Shown: positions 21,056 to 31,044 of the stretch, one piece after another
Numbering within the stretch: position 1 is the stretch's first letter
Layout of the letters: each line of letters begins with the position of its first letter
DNA from: an uncultured Negativicutes bacterium
GTDB lineage: Bacteria; Bacillota; Negativicutes; JBAXTZ01
DNA length: 56,543 nucleotides
Reading direction: 5' to 3'
NCBI GenBank assembly: GCA_963721525.1
Contig: CAVRJL010000003.1
Location: 1-56,543, forward strand
Made by a program: the position numbers and the translations under genes
Notes under the pieces: generated by a model
The model's database searches: none
Told to the model about the DNA's origin: nothing
The model's input: only the letters and a program-made list of their open reading frames with translations

Positions 21056-21950
21056 TGAATATAAATAAAAAAACTAATAAGGTATTGTGATACTTTTGTT
21101 TTTTTCTAAAATATTAAGAGATGATAATAATTAGTTAGAAAAATTTGGACAAGCGTCAATATCAAACAAAAATTTAGTAGCAAAAATAATTATCATATAA
21201 TTTCTGTTATTAAGTAGTTTTTAAAAAAGTAATTGTTTACAGTTTAAATATATTAATGATAGGTTACACAATATTTTAATTGGAACTTAAAAAAATAATT
21301 CAATAGCATATCGTTAATTACGATTAATAGGAAGATATACAAACAAATAATTATTTAAAGCGCTATTCAGAAATATACAAGGATGAAAAACTTTTTTATT
21401 TTAAAATCAAAGTTTAATGGCTTATTTTATTTAAGCGGATTTGAAATTGTGAAAATCTAAATTTAAGAAATAAGAGGAAGATAAATAATTTTCAATTCTA
21501 ATACGATAAATATTTTTAATGGATAAATGCAGATTTTTCTGAATGGAGAGTTTTGCAGAAAACTATAAATAATAGAAATGAGCAGATATTTAGTAAAGAA
21601 TAAAATCACTGCCAAATAAATAATAATTTCAAGTTATGAAATTTACAAAAGTCTAGAAGTAGATATACAAAAAAATAATAACTTTAAGTGATTTATATGC
21701 CTCTATTTATAACTTAAACAGTATCAATACTTAAAGAAATAGAAAAAGGCAACAAAATAACAAATATAAAAAAAATTTAATTCGAAAAAAGCCGTATGGG
21801 TTAAATTGAAATAAAAAAATAGAGAGTGTACAAATAGAAGAGTTTATAGTGAAGTCTCTTAATGGAATACTAGGTAAAAAATTAATACTAGTATAAAGAT
21901 TATTGTTTATATAGTAGCATTTATTCTATTGAAATGCTGAGTAAAAATAT
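21056..21950 (+). pseudogene. Probable glycosyltransferase family 9 (heptosyltransferase) relic
   Basis: ORF-less ~900 bp after gmhB; fragments NNSIAYR/ITINRK, KSKFNGLFYLSG and QIEEFIVKSLNGILGKKLILV loosely collinear with GT9 proteins. Confidence 0.4.
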
Positions 21951-22016
21951 GTTTGGTATCGAAAAGAACGTTCAACGAAAGGGAATTAAAGTTTTTAAGC
22001 ATTTTTGAGGAATTAA

Positions 22017-22904
22017 ATGAAGCACATTTTTATTATTAATCCGGAAGCCGGTAACGGGCAAGGATATAAATTTATACCTTTTATAGAAAAATTAGCAAAA
22101 GAAAATAAAAAAGATTATAAAATAGAGGTTACTTGTTATATTGGTCATGCTACAAAAATAGCAAAAAAATACGCTAACGAAAAAGAAAATCGTATTTATT
22201 CTGTTGGCGGAGATGGAACAGCAAATGAGGTTCTAAATGGAATGGTAGGTGCTAAAAACGCTATGGCTGTTTTGCCAGGCGGCTCAGGAAATGATTTCAT
22301 TCGTACTTTAGCTAAAAAATGCACTATAAAAAATTATTTCTTTAATGTTATTAATGGGAAACAGAAATTAGTTGATGTAGGGAAATTGGATAACAGATAC
22401 TTTTTAAATATAGCTTCGGTTGGTATGGATGCAAAAGCTACATATGAAGCGATTAAATATAAAAGAAATTCAATATTAGGTGGAAAAATGGCCTATATTA
22501 TCGGAGGTTTATTAGCTTTTAAGAACCATCATTCTTATAATTTAGAAATAAAAATAGATGGCGAATATTATAAACAATCAGTAATGATGATAATTATTGC
22601 AAATGGTAAATATTATGGAGGTGGAATAAAGGCATCCCCAAAAGCTGATATAGATGATGGTTTGTTTAATATTACGCTGTTGCCAAAATGTTCTTTTTTA
22701 GATTTATTAGGAAATGCTTATTATTTTGTTTTAGGTATGCAAAATAAAAGTAAATATTTTATAAGAAAAAAAGCGAAAAAAATAGAAATATATAGTAAAT
22801 GTTTGTTGCCAATACAATTTGATGGAGAGACGACATTAAAGAAAAATATAACTTTTGAAATATGCCCAAAAGCAGTAAAAATAATTTTCCCTGCCCATGA
22901 CTAA
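22017..22904 (+). CDS. Diacylglycerol kinase family lipid kinase (YegS/BmrU-like)
   Basis: IINPEAG, VGGDGTANEVLNG, PGGSGNDF, NGKYYGGG, QFDGE. Confidence 0.93.
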   Translation: MKHIFIINPEAGNGQGYKFIPFIEKLAKENKKDYKIEVTCYIGHATKIAKKYANEKENRIYSVGGDGTANEVLNGMVGAKNAMAVLPGGSGNDFIRTLAKKCTIKNYFFNVINGKQKLVDVGKLDNRYFLNIASVGMDAKATYEAIKYKRNSILGGKMAYIIGGLLAFKNHHSYNLEIKIDGEYYKQSVMMIIIANGKYYGGGIKASPKADIDDGLFNITLLPKCSFLDLLGNAYYFVLGMQNKSKYFIRKKAKKIEIYSKCLLPIQFDGETTLKKNITFEICPKAVKIIFPAHD

Positions 22905-22980
22905 TTTATTGCACACGAAACAAAAATAAAGTTAAGAGAGCGCCTTCTGTATTCTTTTCTATAAAGATATAATTTTATTA

Positions 22981-23600
22981 AATATGCGAACCTGAATAGA
23001 TCATTTAACAAAGACATTTTTTGAAGAAACAATCTTAAAATAATAAGCTAAATCTATTAAAAATCGTGTTATAATCTAACCGTTGATTAATCATGAATTG
23101 GGAAATGATTATGCATTAGTAATAGACAAAAGAAGGTTACGTGCAGTAAATTATGTCAAAATTAAAAATTACCTATAATAATTAATTATTGTTCTTACTT
23201 CGATTTGATGCAATTATCGATAAACGAAAATATTTAAAGAAAAAATTTTAATTCCATAAAATAGGATTAGACTTATAAATATTTAATAGAAAATTATAAA
23301 GTAAGCCAAAATTAATTAGCGTTAAATTTAGGAAAAAGTAGATCGTTTATTTCTAATATGAAATTTATTTGAAGAAGTGTAATAATTGTTAGTACAAGTA
23401 AAAATTACAATAAATTAGGGGCATGTATTAGTATTTTTATAGTCTAAAAAAATAGATATAAATGCCATGATATGTATTGAAAAAATATTCGGTTCGTTAT
23501 ATAAAAATCAGAAAATCAACTATATGAAAATGGGAAAAGATGTTCATTTAAGTTAGTTCTAGAAAAAATAATATTTAAGGTTATGTTTAAATTAGTTTCG
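22981..23600 (+). pseudogene. parB: ParB/Spo0J partition protein relic
   Basis: KTFFEETILK**AKSIKNRVII*PLI..GNDYALVIDKRRLRA, ENI*RKNFNSIK and HTH YKYLIENYKVSQN*LALNLGKSRSFISN; upstream of the cysteine desulfurase as in clostridial par loci. Confidence 0.9.
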
Positions 23601-23665
23601 CGTACAATATAATAATACCAGATAGGTTAAAAAATAAATTTTTATAATAGGTAGTATATAAAAAT

Positions 23666-24817
23666 ATGGGTAATAAGAAAAAAATTTATTTTGACAACGC
23701 AGCTACTTCCCACCCTAAACCAGAGATAGTTTATAAAACAGTCACTAAGGTTTTAAAAATTGGTGGAAGTGCAGGTAGAGGACATCATTATTTTAGTAAG
23801 TATGCTTATGATATTGTTTTTTCTACTAGAGAAAAAATAGCAGAATTTTTTGGTATAAAAAATTCTGCTAGGATAATTTTCGCTGCAAACGCTACTTTAG
23901 GGATAAATATTATTTTACAAGGTATTTTAAAGCCAGGAATGAAAGTTGCTACAACAAGTTTAGAGCATAATGCAATTACGAGAACCTTAAATTTTTTAAC
24001 TCGAAAAGATATTAATACAAAAATTGTAGACTGCGATAATAATGGCAACGTATTTTTAAAAAGTTTTGAAAAAATATGTAAAGAAGGGATAGATTTAATT
24101 ATTGTTACTCACTCTTCAAATGTTATAGGTAATATTTTACCTATAACAGAAATAGGTAAAATTGCTCACGCTTATGGTGTTTTATTTATGGTAGATTGTT
24201 CTCAAACAGCAGGAATAGAAGATATTTCTATAACTGAAAATAATATTGATATTTTAGTGTGTAGCGGACATAAATATTTATACGGAATACAAGGAAGTAG
24301 CATATTCTATATTAACGAAAAAATCAATATCGAACCCATTTTGTTTGGTGGAACTGGCACTAATTCTTTATACGACAATATGCCTATGTTTTTGCCTGAA
24401 GCGTTGGAACCAGGTACTTTTAATACAGCAGCTATAGCAAGTATATCTGCAGGAATAGGTTTTATTAAAAAAGAAGGAATAGAGAAAATTAGATTTAGAA
24501 AAAAAAAATTAACAGATATATTGATTAGTGGATTAAATTGCATAAAAAGAGTTAGTATTTATGGAGACTTATCGAAAAAAAGAAGTTCTGTAATATCTTT
24601 TAATCTAAAGAATAAAGCTTGTGAACAAGTAGGGCAATTACTTGATGAAAAATTTAACATAGCAATTCGATCAGGTTTACATTGCTCTCCATGGGCGCAC
24701 AGAACTATAGGAACAATTGATAGTGGAACAATAAGAGTCAGTGTAGGATATTTTAATAATATTAAGGAAATAGAATATATGCTAGAGTGTATTGAAAACA
24801 TAGCGAAAAATGAATAA
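23666..24817 (+). CDS. Cysteine desulfurase family aminotransferase class V
   Basis: IYFDNAATS, EHNA, DCSQTAG, SGHK, RSGLHC, GTIRVS. Confidence 0.93.
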   Translation: MGNKKKIYFDNAATSHPKPEIVYKTVTKVLKIGGSAGRGHHYFSKYAYDIVFSTREKIAEFFGIKNSARIIFAANATLGINIILQGILKPGMKVATTSLEHNAITRTLNFLTRKDINTKIVDCDNNGNVFLKSFEKICKEGIDLIIVTHSSNVIGNILPITEIGKIAHAYGVLFMVDCSQTAGIEDISITENNIDILVCSGHKYLYGIQGSSIFYINEKINIEPILFGGTGTNSLYDNMPMFLPEALEPGTFNTAAIASISAGIGFIKKEGIEKIRFRKKKLTDILISGLNCIKRVSIYGDLSKKRSSVISFNLKNKACEQVGQLLDEKFNIAIRSGLHCSPWAHRTIGTIDSGTIRVSVGYFNNIKEIEYMLECIENIAKNE

Positions 24818-24934
24818 GAGAAAAAGCTAGCTGTTTTATCTTTATAAAGGGGATTATTTCCGTTATTAATTAAGTAAAATAAAAAAGCCATATATCCAGC
24901 ACTACTTGTCTTTTTCGTCAGAATTTAAATATTT

Positions 24935-26011
24935 TTATATATACTCTAAAGCTTTTTCTAAACCGAAAATAACTCTTAGTGAGCCATCAGCTAAAGCTTG
25001 CATTTCGTTTTCTCCAGGTATTATAATTATAGGCGCCAGAAAGGAAACATATTCTTCTATTTGTTGAGTTAAGTATTTACTATGTGCTAGTCCGCCTGTT
25101 AATATTATACATTCAATTTTTCCTTTAGCAGCAATTGATGTGCTTCCTATAGATTTTGCTATATTATAAATCATAGCGTTATATAAAATTTTAATGTCTG
25201 GAGCACCTTTAAAAATTCTTTCTTCAAGAATACGAACATCATTTATTCCGGTATGAGCAACTAATCCGCCTTTTCCTGCTAATTTTTTTGTTACATCATC
25301 TATGGTTAAACCATTATTTAAAACATATTGTACTAACTGAAAAGCAGGTAATGTGCCAGCACGTTCAGGAGAAAATGGGCCATCCCCATTTGCCCCATTA
25401 TTGACTTCTACCACTTTCCCTTGTTTATGACAAGCTACTGTTATGCCTCCACCTAAATGAGCAACTACCAGATTAATATCCTCGTATTTTTTATTTTTAG
25501 AGCTAGCATAACGCTTAGCGACAGATTTTTGATTTAGGGCATGAAATATACTTTGTCTTTTTATTTCTGGCCAACCAGTTATTTTTGCTAGATCGTCTAG
25601 TTCATCTACTACGATAGGATCAACAATAAAAGTGGGTATTCTATTTTGTTGTGCTAATTTTTTTGCCAAAATGGCACCTAAGTTACTTGCATGGGTACCA
25701 TACTTACAGGTATATAAATCCTCAAGCATTTTTTGATTAATATTATACGTTCCGCTTGACAGAGGTTTTAAAAATCCACCGCGCCCCACTATTATATTAA
25801 TTGAATCAATACTGATATTATTTATTTTTAAAAACTTTAATATAGCATTATAACGAAAAACTTCTTGAGCTTTCATTCCTGCATGATTTTTTAGATTTTC
25901 TGTTGAATGATGAATATTAATAGATAAAACTTCATTGTAATTATTAAACAAACTTATTTTTGTTGAAGTAGAGCCAGGGTTTATCGCGAGTATTTTATAT
26001 ACTTTTTGCAT
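24935..26011 (-). CDS. buk: Butyrate kinase
   Basis: INPGSTSTK, GRGG, HASNLG, VDPIVVDE, FHALNQK, HLGGGI, GPFSPERAG, PGENEM. Confidence 0.96.
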   Translation of the reverse strand: MQKVYKILAINPGSTSTKISLFNNYNEVLSINIHHSTENLKNHAGMKAQEVFRYNAILKFLKINNISIDSINIIVGRGGFLKPLSSGTYNINQKMLEDLYTCKYGTHASNLGAILAKKLAQQNRIPTFIVDPIVVDELDDLAKITGWPEIKRQSIFHALNQKSVAKRYASSKNKKYEDINLVVAHLGGGITVACHKQGKVVEVNNGANGDGPFSPERAGTLPAFQLVQYVLNNGLTIDDVTKKLAGKGGLVAHTGINDVRILEERIFKGAPDIKILYNAMIYNIAKSIGSTSIAAKGKIECIILTGGLAHSKYLTQQIEEYVSFLAPIIIIPGENEMQALADGSLRVIFGLEKALEYI

Positions 26012-26059
26012 TTAACCTCCAAAAAATACAATTGTTACGCTTATAAATTATTTTAATTA

Positions 26060-27000
26060 TTGCTAATTTATAAAGTAAAATATCCTAATATTTTAACAGG
26101 ATTTATATAAAAAAATATAATAAGTTAACATTAATTGAATGAAAGATTAAATTTAGGTTTAAGTAAACGTATTATTTCTATATGAAACATTAATATGCTT
26201 CAACCTGTTTTTCTATAACCAGCGAAGACGATAAAATTTTTATTTTCTATAAAATTGCTAATTGCTAATAAAAAAAATATAATCCCCACTCCTCATGAAA
26301 ATAAATAGTAGCTCATCGAAAAATGATTTTCTATAGGAAAACCGATTTTTGGCAAAATTCATATTATAGCTATTGATAACTAAAATGTTCTATAGAATGG
26401 AGTAAATGTAGCTCTGAATATATTCTCTCTTTAATATTAAAAAAATTATAATAGTGTATACTCGGCACCTGTTTTAAAGCTTTACAAAAAAATATATAAA
26501 AGCTATACATAGATTAGCTTATTTTATTATATTTGTATTATATGGGATAAAATGTAAAAGATATAGTGTATAATTTATTAAATTATTTGCGTCTATAATG
26601 TTATGAAATAAAATTTCAACAAATTAGTTTTAATAAATAAACCCTTAATTTAAGGTTATTTTAGTTAATGGGATGAAGATACTATAATAAAGCCATTAAT
26701 TTTTAATTTTAAATATCCTTAACACTGACCTTATTATAAAATAAAATAGATAAAACAAAAGTTTGTATTAAACAGTTAAAAAAACAGATAAGCTAAACGA
26801 AGAATTAAATAAACTAATACTTAGTTTTAAAAGCGTTTATAATTTAAAAATTTAGTTATTTATTCGTATATCTTTAAATAGTACAAGGTTAAATATGTGA
26901 TGGCTTAATTGAAATGAATTAATTTTCAGGAAATAGATATTGGATATTAGAAGTATATGGACAAAAACATTAAAAAAAGAAGAAGAAAAAAATGTATATA
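26060..27000. pseudogene. Unassigned eroded DNA (weak DUF554-like fragments on the minus strand)
   Basis: ~950 bp with no ORF; hydrophobic fragments such as GVGIIF/LLAISNF/KIKILSSSLVI. Confidence 0.2.
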
Positions 27001-27025
27001 TTAATTTTATTTCATATTAAATAAA

Positions 27026-27053
27026 TTGCTCTTATTAAATTCTATGCTATAAT
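27026..27053 (+). promoter_or_regulatory. SigmaA promoter for rpmE
   Basis: TTGCTC-16nt-TATAAT with extended -10 TG. Confidence 0.6.
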
Positions 27054-27087
27054 GATTGACGTTATTTAATGAAAGGAGAAACGCGCT

Positions 27088-27294
27088 GTGAAAAAAAATA
27101 TACATCCTAAATGTCAAGAAGCTAAAATCACATGTGGTTGCGGTAATTCCTTTATTACAGGGTCAATTAAATCATTGATGAAAGTAGATGTTTGTTCTAA
27201 TTGCCATCCTTTTTTTACGGGAACTCAACGATCAAGACAAGCAAGAGGACGTATAGAAAAGTTCAATAAAAGATATTGTATTGATAAAAAATAA
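27088..27294 (+). CDS. rpmE: 50S ribosomal protein L31 (C+ form)
   Basis: MKKNIHP, CGCG, CSNCHPFFTG, GRIEKFNKRY; GTG start after GAAAGGAG. Confidence 0.98.
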   Translation: MKKNIHPKCQEAKITCGCGNSFITGSIKSLMKVDVCSNCHPFFTGTQRSRQARGRIEKFNKRYCIDKK

Positions 27295-27332
27295 AGGCTG
27301 AATTGAAATTTCAATTCAGCCTTTATTTTTTA
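27285..27332. terminator. 48-bp perfect spacerless palindrome, likely rpmE terminator
   Basis: TAAAAAATAAAGGCTGAATTGAAA|TTTCAATTCAGCCTTTATTTTTTA. Confidence 0.85.
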
Positions 27333-27334
27333 AG

Positions 27335-27394
27335 TTAGAATCATATATGCTAGATTAGAATCATATATGCTAGATTAGAATCATATATGCTAGA
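27335..27394. repeat. Tandem repeat, 20 bp x3
   Basis: TTAGAATCATATATGCTAGA three times, no spacers. Confidence 0.95.
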
Positions 27395-27539
27395 GAAGAA
27401 GGAATTATTTTAGTTGGATGCAATTAGGTAAGTTCACTAATTTATCTAATTCTTTTGTTTTAAGGAGTTTTGTAGTAAAATAACTATATATAAAACATCC
27501 GATTATTTTAAAGCAAGGATTTGTGTGGGAGAATTAATT

Positions 27540-27950
27540 TTCAATTAGTAGGCTGTTGAATAAAGGATTATGGTGAGTAGCAATAATTATGGTATCATTG
27601 CGGTACGGTTGATAAACGGGAATATCATTTTGTAGGAAACAGGATTCTTTATTTTCATTCGAAGATTGATATCGCCTATTGAATTTTTATTTTGCGGGTT
27701 AGAATTTTCAATATTTGATTGGTCGTTATTGTGGAAAATAATTTTACTGCACATTATATTAATGATAATTATTATTAGATTTATTTACGAGATTATAAAG
27801 ATTGCAGGTTAATCTAAAAATTTATTGATAAATATTATAATGAAGTGTGGTTTATTATTATAAACAATTACTAATCGTGAACTGGACGTCAGAATGATAG
27901 AAGTAGCGATTATATTTGTAAAAATTGTTATAAACAGATTTAGAAAAGAC
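27540..27950 (+). pseudogene. DUF1385 (YqhQ-like) membrane protein relic
   Basis: **AVE*RIMVSSNNYGIIAVRLINGNIIL, FIRRLISPIEFL and GLLL*TITNRELDVRMIEVAI match DUF1385 GGQAVIEGVMM..AVR..G and PGLWLQ.LTT.EP....IEVAI; canonical position before prfA. Confidence 0.85.
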
Positions 27951-27974
27951 AAAAAGCTATAAAATGGGAAGAAA

Positions 27975-29042
27975 ATGTTAGAAAAATTACAACAAATTGA
28001 AAATAAATATTTAGAATTAGAAAAATTGATAAGTTTACCTGATTCAATGAAAGATATGAAAGAATGGCAAAAGATGACCAAACAGCATTCTAGACTTAAT
28101 GATATTGTTATAGTTTTCCGAGAGTATAAAAATATTGTTAAAAATATTACAGAAAACATGGAAATGCTTAAAGTTAAGCTGGATGATGAGTTTCGTGAAA
28201 TGTTTAAAGCTGAAATAAATGATTTACGTATTACAAAAGAGCATCTTGAGCAAAAACTTAGAATTTTATTATTACCTAAGAATATTAGTGATGATAAAAA
28301 TGTTATTATAGAAATTAGGGGTGGAGCAGGAGGAAATGAGGCAGCATTATTTGCTGGAGAATTATTTCGTATGTATACTCGTTATGCTGAAAGTCGTAAT
28401 TGGAAAGTAGAAGTAATTGATGAAAATTCCACAGGTTTAGGTGGTTATAAAGAAATAGTTTGTACAATTAATGGTTATGGAGCTTATTCACAACTGAAGT
28501 TTGAAAGTGGAGTTCATCGAGTTCAAAGAGTGCCTGCTACTGAGGCATTAGGGAGAGTCCATACTTCAACGGTTACTGTAGCAGTACTGCCTGAAGTTAA
28601 AGAGGTCGATGTAGAGATTAATGATAATGATTTACGTATTGATACTTTCTGCGCAAGCGGTGCAGGAGGTCAGCATGTAAACAAAACTGAATCTGCTGTC
28701 AGAATCAGTCATACACCTACAGGGATAGTAGTTTCTTGTCAGAGTGAGCGGTCACAAATGCAAAATAAAGAAAGGTGCATGAAGGTGTTACGGGCTAAAT
28801 TACTTAAAGAAGCAGAAAAGCAACAAGCAATTGAATTATGTGCATTACGAAAAAATCAGGTGGGAAGTGGAGATAGGAGCGAAAAAGTTAGAACATACAA
28901 TTTCCCGCAAAGTAGGGTTACGGACCATAGAATAGGTTTAACATTGCATAAATTAGAATTTATTTTAAATGGAGACTTGCAAGAATTAATAGATGCTTTA
29001 AGTACAGCTGAGCAAGCAATTCATTTACAATCTATGGATTAA
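27975..29042 (+). CDS. prfA: Peptide chain release factor 1
   Basis: VQRVPATE (PxT motif), GAGGQHVN, GDRSEKVRTYNFPQ. Confidence 0.98.
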   Translation: MLEKLQQIENKYLELEKLISLPDSMKDMKEWQKMTKQHSRLNDIVIVFREYKNIVKNITENMEMLKVKLDDEFREMFKAEINDLRITKEHLEQKLRILLLPKNISDDKNVIIEIRGGAGGNEAALFAGELFRMYTRYAESRNWKVEVIDENSTGLGGYKEIVCTINGYGAYSQLKFESGVHRVQRVPATEALGRVHTSTVTVAVLPEVKEVDVEINDNDLRIDTFCASGAGGQHVNKTESAVRISHTPTGIVVSCQSERSQMQNKERCMKVLRAKLLKEAEKQQAIELCALRKNQVGSGDRSEKVRTYNFPQSRVTDHRIGLTLHKLEFILNGDLQELIDALSTAEQAIHLQSMD

Positions 29043-29046
29043 TTTT

Positions 29047-29913
29047 ATGGGTAAAAAACCATGGACAATTGGCAAAGTATTAAGTTGGACTGAAGAATAT
29101 TTTATGAAACAGCTAGTTTCAACATCTAGATTAGATGCAGAGCTTTTATTAGCACATACTCTGAAGGTTGATCGTATGTATTTATATATTAATTATGATC
29201 AACCACTAGATGAGTTTGAATTGCATAATTATAAAAAAAATGTTTCTAGAAGAGGAAAAAGAGAACCATTGGCTTATATTTTAGGTTATAAAGAATTTTA
29301 TAAACTTAAATTTTTTATAAATAAATATGTTCTTATACCCAGACCTGAAACAGAAATTTTAGTTGAAATAATTATTAAAATATGTAAGATGAATAAAAAT
29401 TTTAACCTTCTAGAATTAGGTGTTGGGAGTGGAAATATTACTGTTTCTATATTGAAAAATTGTTTTAATGTTAACATTGTGGCAGTTGATATATCCAAAG
29501 AAGCTTTAAAAATAGCCCACCACAACGCTTATGAGCATGGGGTATTAGATAAAGTAGTTTTAAATAAAAGTAATTGGTTTGCTAATATTGAAAATAAAAT
29601 GTTCGATATTATCGTAAGTAATCCACCATATATAAAAAAAAGTTTTTTGCAACATTTAGAACCTGAGCTACATTATGAACCTTTAATAGCACTTACAGAT
29701 AATAATGATGGACTAAGTTGTTATTATGCGATTATTAATGAAGCATATAAGTATTTAGCACCTAAAGGAATATTATTATTTGAAATAGGAATAAGACAAG
29801 AAAATATTATAAAAGAATATATAAATAATTCAGGTAAATATGGAAAAGTATCTTTTGTGACAGATTATGCAGAAATAAACAGAGTTATTATCATTGAAAA
29901 TAAAATAACTTAA
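29047..29913 (+). CDS. prmC: Release factor glutamine methyltransferase
   Basis: EPLAYILG, VLIPRPETE, LELGVGSG, VSNPPY. Confidence 0.96.
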   Translation: MGKKPWTIGKVLSWTEEYFMKQLVSTSRLDAELLLAHTLKVDRMYLYINYDQPLDEFELHNYKKNVSRRGKREPLAYILGYKEFYKLKFFINKYVLIPRPETEILVEIIIKICKMNKNFNLLELGVGSGNITVSILKNCFNVNIVAVDISKEALKIAHHNAYEHGVLDKVVLNKSNWFANIENKMFDIIVSNPPYIKKSFLQHLEPELHYEPLIALTDNNDGLSCYYAIINEAYKYLAPKGILLFEIGIRQENIIKEYINNSGKYGKVSFVTDYAEINRVIIIENKIT

Positions 29914-29970
29914 TCTTTAAAATGAAAATAAAATTAATGATAAAATTATTTGAGCGGTTTAAAAATTTTT

Positions 29971-30993
29971 ATGTTTCAAACAATATATATTAAAATGCAA
30001 GAAGAAAAAATTATTATTCAATCTTTAACACAAGCTGCAGAAATCCTTAAAAAAGGCGGATTAGTTGCTTTTCCTACCGAAACAGTTTATGGATTAGGAG
30101 CGAATGCTTTTGATATTGATGCAGTTACAAAAATATTTGTGGCAAAAAGTAGGCCGGCAGACAATCCTCTTATTGTTCATATTAGTGAATTTGAAATGCT
30201 AGAAAGAATTAAAAAAAATATAGACGATAAAACTTATAAGTTAATTACTAATTTTTGGCCAGGTCCCTTAACAATAATTTTACAAAAGCAAAATTGTATC
30301 TCGAGTTTAGTAAGCGGAGGATTAAAAACTGTTGCGGTACGAATGCCTAAAAATAAAATAGCACGCGAGTTGATAAGATTAGCAGGAGTCCCTATTGCTG
30401 CTCCTAGCGCTAATATTTCAGGGAAACCAAGTCCCACGACTGGTAAAGCAGTATTAGAAGATTTACAAAATAAAATTGATATGATTATAGATGGAGGCAC
30501 TTGTTCTATCGGTTTAGAATCTACAGTTGTAGATTGCAGGGAAGAAAATCCTATTTTATTACGTCCAGGTGGAATAACTATTGAAATGCTACAAAGTGTT
30601 ATTGGAAATATAATTATAAATAAAAAATTAGATTTATCTGGTCAACCAATTTCACCAGGAACGAAGTATCGTCACTATGCACCAAAAGCAAGTATAAATT
30701 TATTAGATGTCCCCTATGATGAATTTATTAAAATTGTAAAGAAAGCCGCATCAAATAAATTTATTGGAGTGATAGCAAGTAAAGATTTATGTAGAAATAT
30801 CCCTAAAAATATTTTTTGCATAGAATTAAGTAGCAAAGAAGATTTAAAAAGAGCAGCAGTGAATTTATTTGATGCGCTAAGAGAAATGGATAGACATAAA
30901 GTTGAAGAAATTTTTGCTGAAGTTTGGAACGAAGAAGGCATAGGTTTTGCATTAATGAATAGGCTGCGTAAAGCAGCTTATAAAAATCAATAA
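29971..30993 (+). CDS. sua5: Threonylcarbamoyl-AMP synthase (Sua5/YwlC)
   Basis: VAFPTETVYGLG, KSRPADNPLIVH, APSANISG, PGTKYRHYAP, ALMNRLRKAA. Confidence 0.96.
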   Translation: MFQTIYIKMQEEKIIIQSLTQAAEILKKGGLVAFPTETVYGLGANAFDIDAVTKIFVAKSRPADNPLIVHISEFEMLERIKKNIDDKTYKLITNFWPGPLTIILQKQNCISSLVSGGLKTVAVRMPKNKIARELIRLAGVPIAAPSANISGKPSPTTGKAVLEDLQNKIDMIIDGGTCSIGLESTVVDCREENPILLRPGGITIEMLQSVIGNIIINKKLDLSGQPISPGTKYRHYAPKASINLLDVPYDEFIKIVKKAASNKFIGVIASKDLCRNIPKNIFCIELSSKEDLKRAAVNLFDALREMDRHKVEEIFAEVWNEEGIGFALMNRLRKAAYKNQ

Positions 30994-31044
30994 TATTTAG
31001 CACTAATAGTTTGAACGTTTAGCTTTAATTTAGAGGTGATAATT

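Noticed and set aside
23594-23609. parS-like AGTTTCGCGTACAATA
   Set aside because: Five mismatches to consensus; expected by chance
27335-27394. Possible CRISPR array (also 51675-51730)
   Set aside because: Units are directly adjacent with no spacers, too short, and no cas genes are present
27395-27535. Possible thyX relic between rpmE and DUF1385
   Set aside because: Only vague similarity and no RHR motif; cannot be supported by eye
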